From Tubulanus polymorphus (Eukaryota; Animalia; Nemertea), in NCBI RefSeq assembly GCF_964204645.1, contig NW_027437465.1, positions 1 to 64,000 on the forward strand: a stretch of 64,000 nucleotides of DNA, read 5' to 3'. The notes under the pieces were generated by a model. The model did not search any database. It worked only from the letters and a program-made list of their open reading frames with translations, and had not been told where the DNA came from. Below, piece after piece: positions 13,901-29,574 of this stretch. Position 1 is the stretch's first letter. The number at the start of each line of letters is the position of its first letter. Both the position numbers and the translations under genes were made by a program.

Positions 13901-16900
13901 CGACCCGTAAAACGTCGTTCAGCGCGAGAAAAAAATTTTTCTCATCAAATTCTCCCCGTATTGGAAAAACGAAAATGTCGATGCGCGAAAGCGCTCAAAT
14001 CGACGGGAAAAGCACATTTCGACCCGAAAACGTCGTTCAGCGCGAGAAAAGACGTTTTCTCATCAAATTCTCACTTTATCGGAAAAATGAAAATGTCGAT
14101 GCGCGAAAGCGCTCAAATCGACGGGAAAAGCACATTTCGCCCCGAAAACGTCGTTCAGCGCGAGAAAAGACCTTTTCTCATCAAATTCTACCCGTATCGG
14201 AAAAACGAAAATGTCGATGCGCGAAAGCGCTCAAATCGACGGGAAAAGCACTTTTCGACCCGAAAACGTCGTTCAGCGCGAGAAAAGCAGTTTTCTCATC
14301 AAATTCTCCCCGTATCGGAAAAACGAAAATGTCGATGCGCGAAAGCGCTCAAATCGACGGGAAAAGCACATTTCGACCCGAAAACGTCGTTCAGCGCGAG
14401 AAAAGCAGTCTTCTCATCAAATTCTCCCAGTATCGGAAAAATGAAAATGTCGATGCGCCAGAAAAGCGCTCAAATCGACAGCAAAAGCACATTTCGACCC
14501 GTAAAACGTCGTTCAGCGCGAGAAAAAAATTTTTCTCATCAAATTCTCCCCGTATTGGAAAAACGAAAATGTCGATGCGCGAAAGCGCTCAAATCGACGG
14601 GAAAAGCACATTTCGCCCCGAAAACGTCGTTCAGCGCGAGAAAAGACGTTTTCTCATCAAATTCTCACCATATCGGAAAAATGAAAATGTCGATGCGCCA
14701 AAAAAGCGCTCAAATCGACGGGAAAAGCACTTTTCGACCCGAAAACGTCGTTCAGCGCGAGAAAAGCAGTTTTCTCATCAAATTCTCCCCGTATCGGAAA
14801 AACGAAAATGTCGATGCGCGAAAGCGCTCAAATCGACGGGAAAAGCACATTTCGACCCGAAAACGTCGTTCAGCGCGAGAAAAGTCGTTTGCTCATCAAA
14901 TTCTCCCCGTATCGGAAAAACGAAAATGTCGATGCGCGAAAGCGCTCAAATCGACGGGAAAAGCACATTTCGACCCGAAAACGTCGTTCAGCGCGAGAAA
15001 AAAATTTTTCTCATCAAATTCTCCCCGTATTGGAAAAACGAAAATGTCGATGCGCGAAAGCGCTCAAATCGACGGGAAAAGCACATTTCGACCCGAAAAC
15101 GTCGTTCAGCGCGAGAAAAGACGTTTGCTCATCAAATTCTCACCGTATCGGAAAAACGAAAATGTCGATGCGCGAAAGCGCTCAAATCGACGGGAAAAGC
15201 ACATTTCCACCCGAAAACGTCGTTCAGCGCGAGAAAAGACTTTTTCTCATCAAAATCTACCCGTATCGGAAAAACGAAAATGTCGATGCGCGAAAGCACT
15301 CAAATCGACAAGAAAAGCACTTTTCGACCCGAAAACGTCGTTCAGCGCGAGAAAAGCAGTTTTCTCATCAAATTCTCCCCGTATCGGAAAAACGAATATG
15401 TCGATGCGCGAAAGCGCTCAAATCGACGGGAAAAGCACATTTCGACCCGAAAACGTCGTTCAGCGCGAGAAAAGTCGTTTGCTCATCAAATTCTCCCCGT
15501 ATCGGAAAAACGAAAATGTCGATGCGCGAAAGCGCTCAAATCGACGGGAAAAGCACATTTCGACCCGAAAACGTCGTTCAGCGCGAGAAAAGACTTTTTC
15601 TCATCAAATTCTCCCCGTATCGGAAAAACGAAAATGTCGATGCGCGAAAGCGCTCAAATCGACGGGAAAAGCACATTTCGACCCGAAAACGTCGTTCAGC
15701 GCGAGAAAAGCAGTCTTCTCATCAAATTCTCCCAGTATCGGAAAAATGAAAATGTCGATGCGCCAGAAAAGCGCTCAAATCGACGGGAAAAGCACATTTC
15801 GCCCCGAAAACGTCGTTCAGCGCGAGAAAAGACGTTTTCTCATCAAATTCTCCCAGTATCGGAAAAATGAAAATGTCGATGCACCAGAAAAGCGCTCAAA
15901 TCGACGGGAAAAGCACATTTCGACCCGAAAACGTCGTTTAGCGCGAGAAAATTCGTTTGCTCATCAAATTCTCCCCGTATCGGAAAAACGAAAATGTCGA
16001 TGCGCGAAAGCGCTCAAATCGACGGGAAAAGCACATTTCGACCCGAAAACGTCGTTCAGCGCGAGAAAAGACGTTTTCTCATCAAATTCTCCCCGTATCC
16101 GAAAAATGAAAATGTCGATGCGCGAAAGCGCTCAAATCGACGGGAGAAGGACATTTCGACCCGAAAACGTTGTTCAGCGCGAGAAAAGACGTATTCTCAT
16201 CAAATTCTCCCCGTAGCAGAAAAACGAAAATGTTAATGCGCCAGAAAAGCGCTCAAATCGACGGGAAAAGCACATTTCGACCCGAAAACGTCGTTCAGCG
16301 CGAGAAAAGCAGTTTTCTCATCAAATTCTCCCCGTATCGGAAAAACGAAAATGTCGATGCGCGAAAGCGCTCAAATCGACGGGAAAAGCACATTTCGACC
16401 CGAAAACGTCGTTCAGCGCGAGAAAAGACTTTTTCTCATCAAATTCTCCCCGTATCGGAAAAACGAAAATGTCGATGCGCGAAAGCGCTCAAATCGACGG
16501 GAAAAGCACATTTCGACCCGAAAACGTCGTTCAGCGCGAGAAAAGCAGTCTTCTCATCAAATTCTCCCAGTATCGGAAAAATGAAAATGTCGATGCGCCA
16601 GAAAAGCGCTCAAATCGACGGGAAAAGCACATTTCGACCCGTAAAACGTCGTTCAGCGCGAGAAAAAAATTTTTCTCATCAAATTCTCCCCGTATTGGAA
16701 AAACGAAAATGTCGATGCGCGAAAGCGCTCAAATCGACGGGAAAAGCACATTTCGACCCGAAAACGTCGTTCAGCGCGAGAAAAGACGTTTTCTCATCAA
16801 ATTCTCACTTTATCGGAAAATGAAAATGTCGATGCGCGAAAGCGCTCAAATCGACGGGAAAAGCACATTTCGCCCCGAAAACGTCGTTCAGCGCGAGAAA

Positions 16901-19900
16901 AGACCTTTTCTCATCAAATTCTACCCGTATCGGAAAAACGAAAATGTCGATGCGCGAAAGCGCTCAAATCGACGGGAAAAGCACTTTTCGACCCGAAAAC
17001 GTCGTTCAGCGCGAGAAAAGCAGTTTTCTCATCAAATTCTCCCCGTATCGGAAAAACGAAAATGTCGATGCGCGAAAGCGCTCAAATCGACGGGAAAAGC
17101 ACATTTCGACCCGAAAACGTCGTTCAGCGCGAGAAAAGCAGTCTTCTCATCAAATTCTCCCAGTATCGGAAAAATGAAAATGTCGATGCGCCAGAAAAGC
17201 GCTCAAATCGACAGCAAAAGCACATTTCGACCCGTAAAACGTCGTTCAGCGCGAGAAAAAAATTTTTCTCATCAAATTCTCCCCGTATTGGAAAAACGAA
17301 AATGTCGATGCGCGAAAGCGCTCAAATCGACGGGAAAAGCACATTTCGCCCCGAAAACGTCGTTCAGCGCGAGAAAAGACGTTTTCTCATCAAATTCTCA
17401 CCATATCGGAAAAATGAAAATGTCGATGCGCCAAAAAAGCGCTCAAATCGACGGGAAAAGCACATTTCGACCCGAAAACGTCGTTCAGCGCGAGAAAAGC
17501 AGTTTTCTCATCAAATTCTCCCCGTATCGGAAAAACGAAAATGTCGATGCGCGAAAGCGCTCAAATCGACGGGAAAAGCACATTTCGCCCCGAAAACGTC
17601 GTTCAGCGCGAGAAAAGCAGTTTTCTCATCAAATTCTACCCGTATCGGAAAAACAAAAAATGTCGATGCGCGAAAGCGCTCAAATCGACGGGAAAAGCAC
17701 TTTTCGACCCGAAAACGTCGTTCAGCGCGAGAAAAGCAGTTTTCTCATCAAATTCTCCCCGTATCGGAAAAACGAAAATGTCGATGCGCGAAAGCGCTCA
17801 AATCGACGGGAAAAGCACATTTCGACCCGAAAACGTCGTTCAGCGCGAGAAAAGACTTTTTCTCATCAAATTCTCCCCGTATCGGAAAAACGAAAATGTC
17901 GATGCGCGAAAGCGCTCAAATCGACGGGAAAAGCACATTTCGACCCGAAAACGTCGTTCAGCGCGAGAAAAGCAGTCTTCTCATCAAATTCTCCCAGTAT
18001 CGGAAAAATGAAAATGTCGATGCGCCAGAAAAGCACTCAAATCGACGGGAAAAGCACATTTCGACCCGTAAAACGTCGTTCAGCGCGAGAAAAAAATTTT
18101 TCTCATCAAATTCTCCCCGTATTGGAAAAACGAAAATGTCGATGCGCGAAAGCGCTCAAATCGACGGGAAAAGCACATTTCGACCCGAAAACGTCGTTCA
18201 GCGCGAGAAAAGACGTTTTCTCATCAAATTCTCACTTTATCGGAAAAATGAAAATGTCGATGCGCGAAAGCGCTCAAATCGACGGGAAAAGCACATTTCG
18301 CCCCGAAAACGTCGTTCAGCGCGAGAAAAGACCTTTTCTCATCAAATTCTACCCGTATCGGAAAAACGAAAATGTCGATGCGCGAAAGCGCTCAAATCGA
18401 CGGGAAAAGCACTTTTCGACCCGAAAACGTCGTTCAGCGCGAGAAAAGCAGTTTTCTCATCAAATTCTCCCCGTATCGGAAAAACGAAAATGTCGATGCG
18501 CGAAAGCGCTCAAATCGACGGGAAAAGCACATTTCGACCCGAAAACGTCGTTCAGCGCGAGAAAAGACTTTTTCTCATCAAATTCTCCCAGTATCGGAAA
18601 AAATGAAAATGTCGATGCGCCAGAAAAGCGCTCAAATCGACGGGAAAAGCACATTTCGACCCGTAAAACGTCGTTCAGCGCGAGAAAAAAATTTTTCTCA
18701 TCAAATTCTCCCCGTATTGGAAAAACGAAAATGTCGATGCGCGAAAGCGCTCAAATCGACGGGAAAAGCACATTTCGACCCGAAAACGTCGTTCAGCGCG
18801 AGAAAAGACGTTTTCTCATCAAATTCTCACTTTATCGGAAAAATGAAAATGTCGATGCGCGAAAGCGCTCAAATCGACGGGAAAAGCACATTTCGCCCCG
18901 AAAACGTCGTTCAGCGCGAGAAAAGACCTTTTCTCATCAAATTCTCTCCGTATCGGAAAAACGAAAATGTCGATGCGCGAAAGCGCTCAAATCGACGGGA
19001 AAAGCACTTTTCGACCCGAAAACGTCGTTCAGCGCGAGAAAAGCAGTTTTCTCATCAAATTCTCCCCGTATCGGAAAAACGAAAATGTCGATGCGCGAAA
19101 GCGCTCAAATCGACGGGAAAAGCACATTTCGACCCGAAAACGTCGTTCAGCGCGAGAAAAGCAGTCTTCTCATCAAATTCTCCCAGTATCGGAAAAATGA
19201 AAATGTCGATGCGCCAGAAAAGCGCTCAAATCGACAGCAAAAGCACATTTCGACCCGTAAAACGTCGTTCAGCGCGAGAAAAAAATTTTTCTCATCAAAT
19301 TCTCCCCGTATTGGAAAAACGAAAATGTCGATGCGCGAAAGCGCTCAAATCGACGGGAAAAGCACATTTCGCCCCGAAAACGTCGTTCAGCGCGAGAAAA
19401 GACGTTTTCTCATCAAATTCTCACCATATCGGAAAAATGAAAATGTCGATGCGCCAAAAAAGCGCTCAAATCGACGGGAAAAGCACTTTTCGACCCGAAA
19501 ACGTCGTTCAGCGCGAGAAAAGCAGTTTTCTCATCAAATTCTCCCCGTATCGGAAAAACGAAAATGTCGATGCGCGAAAGCGCTCAAATCGACGGGAAAA
19601 GCACATTTCGCCCCGAAAACGTCGTTCAGCGCGAGAAAAGCAGTTTTCTCATCAAATTCTACCCGTATCGGAAAAACAAAAAATGTCGATGCGCGAAAGC
19701 GCTCAAATCGACGGGAAAAGCACTTTTCGACCCGAAAACGTCGTTCAGCGCGAGAAAAGCAGTTTTCTCATCAAATTCTCCCCGTATCGGAAAAACGAAA
19801 ATGTCGATGCGCGAAAGCGCTCAAATCGACGGGAAAAGTACATTTCGACCCGAAAACGTCGTTCAGCGCGAGAAAAGACTTTTTCTCATCAAATTCTCCC

Positions 19901-22900
19901 CTTATCGGAAAAACGAAAATGTCGATGCGCAAAAGCGCTCAAATCGACGGGAAAAGCACATTTCGACCCGAAAACGTCGTTCAGCGCGAGAAAAGCAGTC
20001 TTCTCATCAAATTCTCCCAGTATCGGAAAAATGAAAATGTCGATGCGCCAGAAAAGCGCTCAAATCGACAGCAAAAGCACATTTCGACCCGTAAAACGTC
20101 GTTCAGCGCGAGAAAAAAATTTTTCTCATCAAATTCTCCCCGTATTGGAAAAACGAAAATGTCGATGCGCGAAAGCGCTCAAATCGACGGGAAAAGCACA
20201 TTTCGCCCCGAAAACGTCGTTCAGCGCGAGAAAAGACGTTTTCTCATCAAATTCTCACCATATCGGAAAAATGAAAATGTCGATGCGCCAAAAAAGCGCT
20301 CAAATCGACGGGAAAAGCACTTTTCGACCCGAAAACGTCGTTCAGCGCGAGAAAAGCAGTTTTCTCATCAAATTCTCCCCGTATCGGAAAAACGAAAATG
20401 TCGATGCGCGAAAGCGCTCAAATCGACGGGAAAAGCACATTTCGCCCCGAAAACGTCGTTCAGCGCGAGAAAAGCAGTTTTCTCATCAAATTCTACCCGT
20501 ATCGGAAAAACAAAAAATGTCGATGCGCGAAAGCGCTCAAATCGACGGGAAAAGCACTTTTCGACCCGAAAACGTCGTTCAGCGCGAGAAAAGCAGTTTT
20601 CTCATCAAATTCTCCCCGTATCGGAAAAACGAAAATGTCGATGCGCGAAAGCGCTCAAATCGACGGGAAAAGCACATTTCGACCCGAAAACCTCGTTCAG
20701 CGCGAGAAAAGACTTTTTCTCATCAAATTCTCCCCGTATCGGAAAAACGAAAATGTCGATGCGCGAAAGCGCTCAAATCGACGGGAAAAGCACATTTCGA
20801 CCCGAAAACGTCGTTCAGCGCGAGAAAAGCAGTCTTCTCATCAAATTCTCCCAGTATCGGAAAAATGAAAATGTCGATGCGCCAGAAAAGCGCTCAAATC
20901 GACGGGAAAAGCACATTTCGACCCGTAAAACGTCGTTCAGCGCGAGAAAAAAAATTTTCTCATCAAATTCTCCCCGTATCGGAAAAACGAAAATGTCGAT
21001 GCGCGAAAGCGCTCAAATCGACGGGAAAGGCACATTTCGACCCGAAAACGTCGTTCAGCGCGAGATAAGCAGTTTTCTCATCAAATTCTCCCCGTATCGG
21101 AAAAATGAAAATGTCGATGCGCCAAAAAGCGCCCAAATCGACGGGAAAAGCACATTTCGACCCGAAAACGTCGTTCAGCGCGAGAAAAGACTTTTTCTCA
21201 TCAAATTCTCCCCGTATCGGAAAAACGAAAATGTCGATGCGCGAAAGCGCTCAAATCGACGGGAAAAGCACATTTCGACCCGAAAACGTCGTTCAGCGCG
21301 AGAAAAGCAGTCTTCTCATCAAATTCTCCCAGTATCGGAAAAATGAAAATGTCGATGCGCCAGAAAAGCGCTCAAATCGACGGGAAAAGCACATTTCGAC
21401 CCGTAAAACGTCGTTCAGCGCGAGAAAAAAAATTTTCTCATCAAATTCTCCCCGTATCGGAAAAACGAAAATGTCGATGCGCGAAAGCGCTCAAATCGAC
21501 GGGAAAGGCACATTTCGACCCGAAAACGTCGTTCAGCGCGAGATAAGCAGTTTTCTCATCAAATTCTCCCCGTATCGGAAAAATGAAAATGTCGATGCGC
21601 CAAAAAGCGCCCAAATCGACGGGAAAAGCACATTTCGACCCGAAAACGTCGTTCAGCGCGAGAAAAGACGTTTTCTCATCAAATTCTCCCAGTATCGGAA
21701 AAATGAAAATGTCTTTGCGCCAGAAAAGCGCTCAAATCGACGGGAAAAGCACATTTCGACCCGAAAACGTCGTTCAGCGCGAGAAAAGACGTTTGCTCAT
21801 CAAATTCTCCCCGTATCGGAAAAACGAAAATGTCGATGCGCGAAAGCGCTCAAATCGTCGGGAAAAGCACATTTCGACCCGAAAACGTCGTTCAGCGCGA
21901 GAAAAGACTTTTTCTCATCAAATTCTACCCGTATCGGAAAAACGAAAATGTCGATGCGCGAAAGCGCTCAAATCGACGGGAAAAGCACATTTCGACCCGT
22001 AAAACGTCGTTCAGCGCGAGAAAAGACGTTTTCTCATCAAATTCTCACTTTATCGGAAAAATGAAAATGTCGATGCGCGAAAGCGCTCAAATCGACGGGA
22101 AAAGCACATTTCGCCCCGAAAACGTCGTTCAGCGCGAGAAAAGACCTTTTCTCATCAAATTCTCCCCGTATCGGAAAAACGAAAATGTCGATGCGCGAAA
22201 GCGCTCAAATCGACGGGAAAAGCACTTTTCGACCCGAAAACGTCGTTCAGCGCGAGAAAAGCAGTTTTCTCATCAAATTCTCCCCGTATCGGAAAAACGA
22301 AAATGTCGATGCGCGAAAGCGCTCAAATCGACGGGAAAAGCACATTTCGACCCGAAAACGTCGTTCAGCGCGAGAAAAGCAGTCTTCTCATCAAATTCTC
22401 CCAGTATCGGAAAAATGAAAATGTCGATGCGCCAGAAAAGCGCTCAAATCGACAGCAAAAGCACATTTCGACCCGTAAAACGTCGTTCAGCGCGAGAAAA
22501 GACGTTTTCTCATCAAATTCTCACTTTATCGGAAAAATGAAAATGTCGATGCGCGAAAGCGCTCAAATCGACGGGAAAAGCACATTTCGCCCCGAAAACG
22601 TCGTTCAGCGCGAGAAAAGACCTTTTCTCATCAAATTCTCCCCGTATCGGAAAAACGAAAATGTCGATGCGCGAAAGCGCTCAAATCGACGGGAAAAGCA
22701 CTTTTCGACCCGAAAACGTCGTTCAGCGCGAGAAAAGCAGTTTTCTCATCAAATTCTCCCCGTATCGGAAAAACGAAAATGTCGATGCGCGAAAGCGCTC
22801 AAATCGACGGGAAAAGCACATTTCGACCCGAAAACGTCGTTCAGCGCGAGAAAAGTCGTTTGCTCATCAAATTCTCCCCGTATCGGAAAAACGAAAATGT

Positions 22901-25900
22901 CGATGCGCGAAAGCGCTCAAATCGACGGGAAAAGCACATTTCGACCCGAAAACGTCGTTCAGCGCGAGAAAAGACTTTTTCTCATCAAATTCTCCCCGTA
23001 TCGGAAAAACGAAAATGTCGATGCGCGAAAGCGCTCAAATCGACGGGAAAAGCACATTTCCACCCGAAAACGTCGTTCAGCGCGAGAAAAGCAGTCTTCT
23101 CATCAAATTCTCCCAGTATCGGAAAAATGAAAATGTCGATGCGCCAGAAAAGCGCTCAAATCGACGGGAAAAGCACATTTCGCCCCGAAAACGTCGTTCA
23201 GCGCGAGAAAAGACGTTTTCTCATCAAATTCTCCCAGTATCGGAAAAATGAAAATGTCGATGCACCAGAAAAGCGCTCAAATCGACGGGAAAAGCACATT
23301 TCGACCCGAAAACGTCGTTTAGCGCGAGAAAATTCGTTTGCTCATCAAATTCTCCCCGTATCGGAAAAACGAAAATGTCGATGCGCGAAAGCGCTCAAAT
23401 CGACGGGAAAAGCACATTTCGACCCGAAAACGTCGTTCAGCGCGAGAAAAGACGTTTTCTCATCAAATTCTCCCCGTATCCGAAAAATGAAAATGTCGAT
23501 GCGCGAAAGCGCTCAAATCGACGGGAGAAGGACATTTCGACCCGAAAACGTTGTTCAGCGCGAGAAAAGACGTATTCTCATCAAATTCTCCCCGTAGCAG
23601 AAAAACGAAAATGTTAATGCGCCAGAAAAGCGCTCAAATCGACGGGAAAAGCACATTTCGACCCGAAAACGTCGTTCAGCGCGAGAAAAGACGTTTTCTC
23701 ATCAAATTCTCACTTTATCGGAAAAATGAAAATGTCGATGCGCGAAAGCGCTCAAATCGACGGGAAAAGCACATTTCGCCCCGAAAACGTCGTTCAGCGC
23801 GAGAAAAGACGTTTTCTCATCAAATTCTCACCATATCGGAAAAATGAAAATGTCGATGCGCCAAAAAAGCGCTCAAATCGACGGGAAAAGCACTTTTCGA
23901 CCCGAAAACGTCGTTCAGCGCGAGAAAAGCAGTTTTCTCATCAAATTCTCCCCGTATCGGAAAAACGAAAATGTCGATGCGCGAAAGCGCTCAAATCGAC
24001 GGGAAAAGCACATTTCGACCCGAAAACGTCGTTTAGCGCGAGAAAAGACTTTTTCTCATCAAATTCTCCCCGTATCGGAAAAACGAAAATGTCGATGCGC
24101 GAAAGCGCTCAAATCGACGGGAAAAGCACATTTCGACCCGAAAACGTCGTTCAGCGCGAGAAAAGCAGTCTTCTCATCAAATTCTCCCAGTATCGGAAAA
24201 ATGAAAATGTCGATGCGCCAGAAAAGCGCTCAAATCGACGGGAAAAGCACATTTCGACCCGTAAAACGTCGTTCAGCGCGAGAAAAAAATTTTTCTCATC
24301 AAATTCTCCCCGTATTGGAAAAACGAAAATGTCGATGCGCGAAAGCGCTCAAATCGACGGGAAAAGCACATTTCGACCCGAAAACGTCGTTCAGCGCGAG
24401 AAAAGACGTTTTCTCATCAAATTCTCACTTTATCGGAAAAATGAAAATGTCGATGCGCGAAAGCGCTCAAATCGACGGGAAAAGCACATTTCGCCCCGAA
24501 AACGTCGTTCAGCGCGAGAAAAGACCTTTTCTCATCAAATTCTACCCGTATCGGAAAAACGAAAATGTCGATGCGCGAAAGCGCTCAAATCGACGGGAAA
24601 AGCACTTTTCGACCCGAAAACGTCGTTCAGCGCGAGAAAAGCAGTTTTCTCATCAAATTCTCCCCGTATCGGAAAAACGAAAATGTCGATGCGCGAAAGC
24701 GCTCAAATCGACGGGAAAAGCACATTTCGACCCGAAAACGTCGTTCAGCGCGAGAAAAGCAGTCTTCTCATCAAATTCTCCCAGTATCGGAAAAATGAAA
24801 ATGTCGATGCGCCAGAAAAGCGCTCAAATCGACAGCAAAAGCACATTTCGACCCGTAAAACGTCGTTCAGCGCGAGAAAAAAATTTTTCTCATCAAATTC
24901 TCCCCGTATTGGAAAAACGAAAATGTCGATGCGCGAAAGCGCTCAAATCGACGGGAAAAGCACATTTCGACCCGAAAACGTCGTTCAGCGCGAGAAAAGC
25001 AGTTTTCGCATCAAATTCTCCCCGTATCGGAAAAACGAAAATGTCGATGCGCGAAAGCGCTCAAATCGACGGGAAAAGCACATTTCGACCCGAAAACGTC
25101 GTTCAGCGCGAGAAAAGACTTTTTCTCATCAAATTCTCCCCGTATCGGAAAAACGAAAATGTCGATGCGCGAAAGCGCTCAAATCGACGGGAAAAGCACA
25201 TTTCGACCCGAAAACGTCGTTCAGCGCGAGAAAAGCAGTCTTCTCATCAAATTCTCCCAGTATCGGAAAAATGAAAATGTCGATGCGCCAGAAAAGCGCT
25301 CAAATCAACGGGAAAAGCACATTTCGACCCGTAAAACGTCATTCAGCGCGAGAAAAAAATTTTTCTCATCAAATTCTCCCCGTATTGGAAAAACGAAAAT
25401 GTCGATGCGCGAAAGCGCTCAAATCGACGGGAAAAGCACATTTCGACCCGAAAACGTCGTTCAGCGCGAGAAAAGACGTTTTCTCATCAAATTCTCACTT
25501 TATCGGAAAAATGAAAATGTCGATGCGCGAAAGCGCTCAAATCGACGGGAAAAGCACATTTCGCCCCGAAAACGTCGTTCAGCGCGAGAAAAGACCTTTT
25601 CTCATCAAATTCTACCCGTATCGGAAAAACAAAAAATGTCGATGCGCGAAAGCGCTCAAATCGACGGGAAAAGCACTTTTCGACCCGAAAACGTCGTTCA
25701 GCGCGAGAAAAGCAGTTTTCTCATCAAATTCTCCCCGTATCGGAAAAACGAAAATGTCGATGCGCGAAAGCGCTCAAATCGACGGGAAAAGCACATTTCG
25801 ACCCGAAAACGTCGTCCAGCGCGAGAAAAGACTTTTTCTCATCAAATTCTCCCCGTATCGGAAAAACGAAAATGTCGATGCGCGAAAGCGCTCAAATCGA

Positions 25901-28900
25901 CGGGAAAAGCACATTTCGACCCGAAAACGTCGTTCAGCGCGAGAAAAGCAGTCTTCTCATCAAATTCTCCCAGTATCGGAAAAATGAAAATGTCGATGCG
26001 CCAGAAAAGCACTCAAATCGACGGGAAAAGCACATTTCGACCCGTAAAACGTCGTTCAGCGCGAGAAAAAAATTTTTCTCATCAAATTCTCCCCGTATTG
26101 GAAAAACGAAAATGTCGATGCGCGAAAGCGCTCAAATCGACGGGAAAAGCACATTTCGCCCCGAAAACGTCGTTCAGCGCGAGAAAAGACGTTTTCTCAT
26201 CAAATTCTCACCATATCGGAAAAATGAAAATGTCGATGCGCCAAAAAAGCGCTCAAATCGACGGGAAAAGCACATTTCGACCCGAAAACGTCGTTCAGCA
26301 CGAGAAAAGACGTTTTCTCATCAAATTCTCACTTTATCGGAAAAATGAAAATGTCGATGCGCGAAAGCGCTCAAATCGACGGGAAAAGCACATTTCGCCC
26401 CGAAAACGTCGTTCAGCGCGAGAAAAGACCTTTTCTCATCAAATTCTACCCGTATCGGAAAAACGAAAATGTCGATGCGCGAAAGCGCTCAAATCGACGG
26501 GAAAAGCACTTTTCGACCCGAAAACGTCGTTCAGCGCGAGAAAAGCAGTTTTCTCATCAAATTCTCCCCGTATCGGAAAAACGAAAATGTCGATGCGCGA
26601 AAGCGCTCAAATCGACGGGAAAAGCACATTTCGACCCGAAAACGTCGTTCAGCGCGAGAAAAGACTTTTTCTCATCAAATTCTCCCCGTATCGGAAAAAC
26701 GAAAATTTCGATGCGCGAAAGCGCTCAAATCGACGGGAAAAGCACATTTCGACCCGAAAACGTCGTTCAGCGCGAGAAAAGCAGTCTTCTCATCAAATTC
26801 TCCCAGTATCGGAAAAAATGAAAATGTCGATGCGCCAGAAAAGCGCTCAAATCGACGGGACAAGCACATTTCGACCCGTAAAACGTCGTTCAGCGCGAGA
26901 AAAAAATTTTTCTCATCAAATTCTCCCCGTATTGGAAAAACGAAAATGTCGATGCGCGAAAGCGCTCAAATCGACGGGAAAAGCACATTTCGACCCGAAA
27001 ACGTCGTTCAGTGCGAGAAAAGACGTTTTCTCATCAAATTCTCACTTTATCGGAAAAATGAAAATGTCGATGCGCGAAAGCGCTCAAATCGACGGGAAAA
27101 GCACATTTCGCCCCGAAAACGTCGTTCAGCGCGAGAAAAGACCTTTTCTCATCAAATTCTCCCCGTATCGGAAAAACGAAAATGTCGATGCGCGAAAGCG
27201 CTCAAATCGACGGGAAAAGCACTTTTCGACCCGAAAACGTCGTTCAGCGCGAGAAAAGCAGTTTTCTCATCAAATTCTCCCCGTATCGGAAAAACGAAAA
27301 TGTCGATGCGCGAAAGCGCTCAAATCGACGGGAAAAGCACATTTCGACCCGAAAACGTCGTTCAGCGCGAGAAAAGCAGTCTTCTCATCAAATTCTCCCA
27401 GTATCGGAAAAATGAAAATGTCGATGCGCCAGAAAAGCGCTCAAATCGACAGCAAAAGCACATTTCGACCCGTAAAACGTCGTTCAGCGCGAGAAAAAAA
27501 TTTTTCTCATCAAATTCTCCCCGTATTGGAAAAACGAAAATGTCGATGCGCGAAAGCGCTCAAATCGACGGGAAAAGCACATTTCGACCCGAAAACGTCG
27601 TTCAGCGCGAGAAAAGACGTTTTCTCATCAAATTCTCACTTTATCGGAAAAATGAAAATGTCGATGCGCGAAAGCGCTCAAATCGACGGGAAAAGCACAT
27701 TTCGCCCCGAAAACGTCGTTCAGCGCGAGAAAAGACCTTTTCTCATCAAATTCTCCCCGTATCGGAAAAACGAAAATGTCGATGCGCGAAAGCGCTCAAA
27801 TCGACGGGAAAAGCACTTTTCGACCCGAAAACGTCGTTCAGCGCGAGAAAAGCAGTTTTCTCATCAAATTCTCCCCGTATCGGAAAAACGAAAATGTCGA
27901 TGCGCGAAAGCGCTCAAATCGACGGGAAAAGCACATTTCGACCCGAAAACGTCGTTCAGCGCGAGAAAAGACTTTTTCTCATCAAATTCTCCCCGTATCG
28001 GAAAAACGAAAATGTCGATGCGCAAAAGCGCTCAAATCGACGGGAAAAGCACATTTCGACCCGAAAACGTCGTTCAGCGCGAGATAAGCAGTTTTCTCAT
28101 CAAATTCTCCCCGTATCGGAAAAATGAAAATGTCGATGCGCCAAAAAAGCGCCCAAATCGACGGGAAAAGCACATTTCGACCCGAAAACGTCGTTCAGCG
28201 CGAGAAAAGACGTTTTCTCATCAAATTCTCCCAGTATCGGAAAAATGAAAATGTCTTTGCGCCAGAAAAGTGCTCAAATCGACGGGAAAAGCACATTTCG
28301 GCCCGAAAACGTCGTTCAGCGCGAGAAAAGACGTTTGCTCATCAAATTCTCCCCGTATCGGAAAAACGAAAATGTCGATGCGCGAAAGCGCTCAAATCGA
28401 CGGGAAAAGCACATTTCGACCCGAAAACGTCGTTCAGCGCGAGAAAAGACTTTTTCTCATCAAATTCTCCCCGTATCGGAAAAACGAAAATGTCGATGCG
28501 CGAAAGCGCTCAAATCGACGGGAAAAGCACATTTCGACCCGAAAACGTCGTTCAGCGCGAGAAAAGCAGTCTTCTCATCAAATTCTCCCAGTATCGGAAA
28601 AATGAAAATGTCGATGCGCCAGAAAAGCGCTCAAATCGACAGCAAAAGCACATTTCGACCCGTAAAACGTCGTTCAGCGCGAGAAAAGACGTTTTCTCAT
28701 CAAATTCTCACCATATCGGAAAAATGAAAATGTCGATGCGCCGAAAAAGCGCTCAAATCGACGGGAAAAGCACTTTTCGACCCGAAAACGTCGTTCAGCG
28801 CGAGAAAAGCAGTCTTCTCATCAAATTCTCACAGTATCGGAAAAATGAAAATGTCGATGCGCCAGAAAAGCGCTCAAATCGACAGCAAAAGCACATTTCG

Positions 28901-29574
28901 ACCCGTAAAACGTCGTTCAGCGCGAGAAAAAAATTTTTCTCATCAAATTCTCACCGTATCCGAAAAATGAAAATGTCGATGCGCGAAAGCGCTCAAATCG
29001 ACGGGAGAAGCACATTTCGACCCGAAAACGTCGTTCAGCGCGAGAAAAGACGTTTTCTCATCAAATTCTCACCATATCGGAAAAATGAAAATGTCGATGC
29101 GCCAAAAAAGCGCTCAAATCGACGGGAAAAGCACTTTTCGACCCGAAAACGTCGTTCAGCGCGAGAAAAGCAGTTTTCTCATCAAATTCTCCCCGTATCG
29201 GAAAAACGAAAATGTCGATGCGCGAAAGCGCTCAAATCGACGGGAAAAGCACATTTCGACCCGAAAACGTCGTTCAGCGCGAGAAAAGACTTTTTCTCAT
29301 CAAATTCTCCCCGTATCGGAAAAACGAAAATGTCGATGCGCGAAAGCGCTCAAATCGACGGGAAAAGCACATTTCGACCCGAAAACGTCGTTCAGCGCGA
29401 GAAAAGCAGTCTTCTCATCAAATTCTCCCAGTATCGGAAAAATGAAAATGTCGATGCGCCAGAAAAGCGCTCAAATCGACGGGAAAAGCACATTTCGACC
29501 CGTAAAACGTCGTTCAGCGCGAGAAAAAAATTTTTCTCATCAAATTCTCCCCGTATTGGAAAAACGAAAATGTC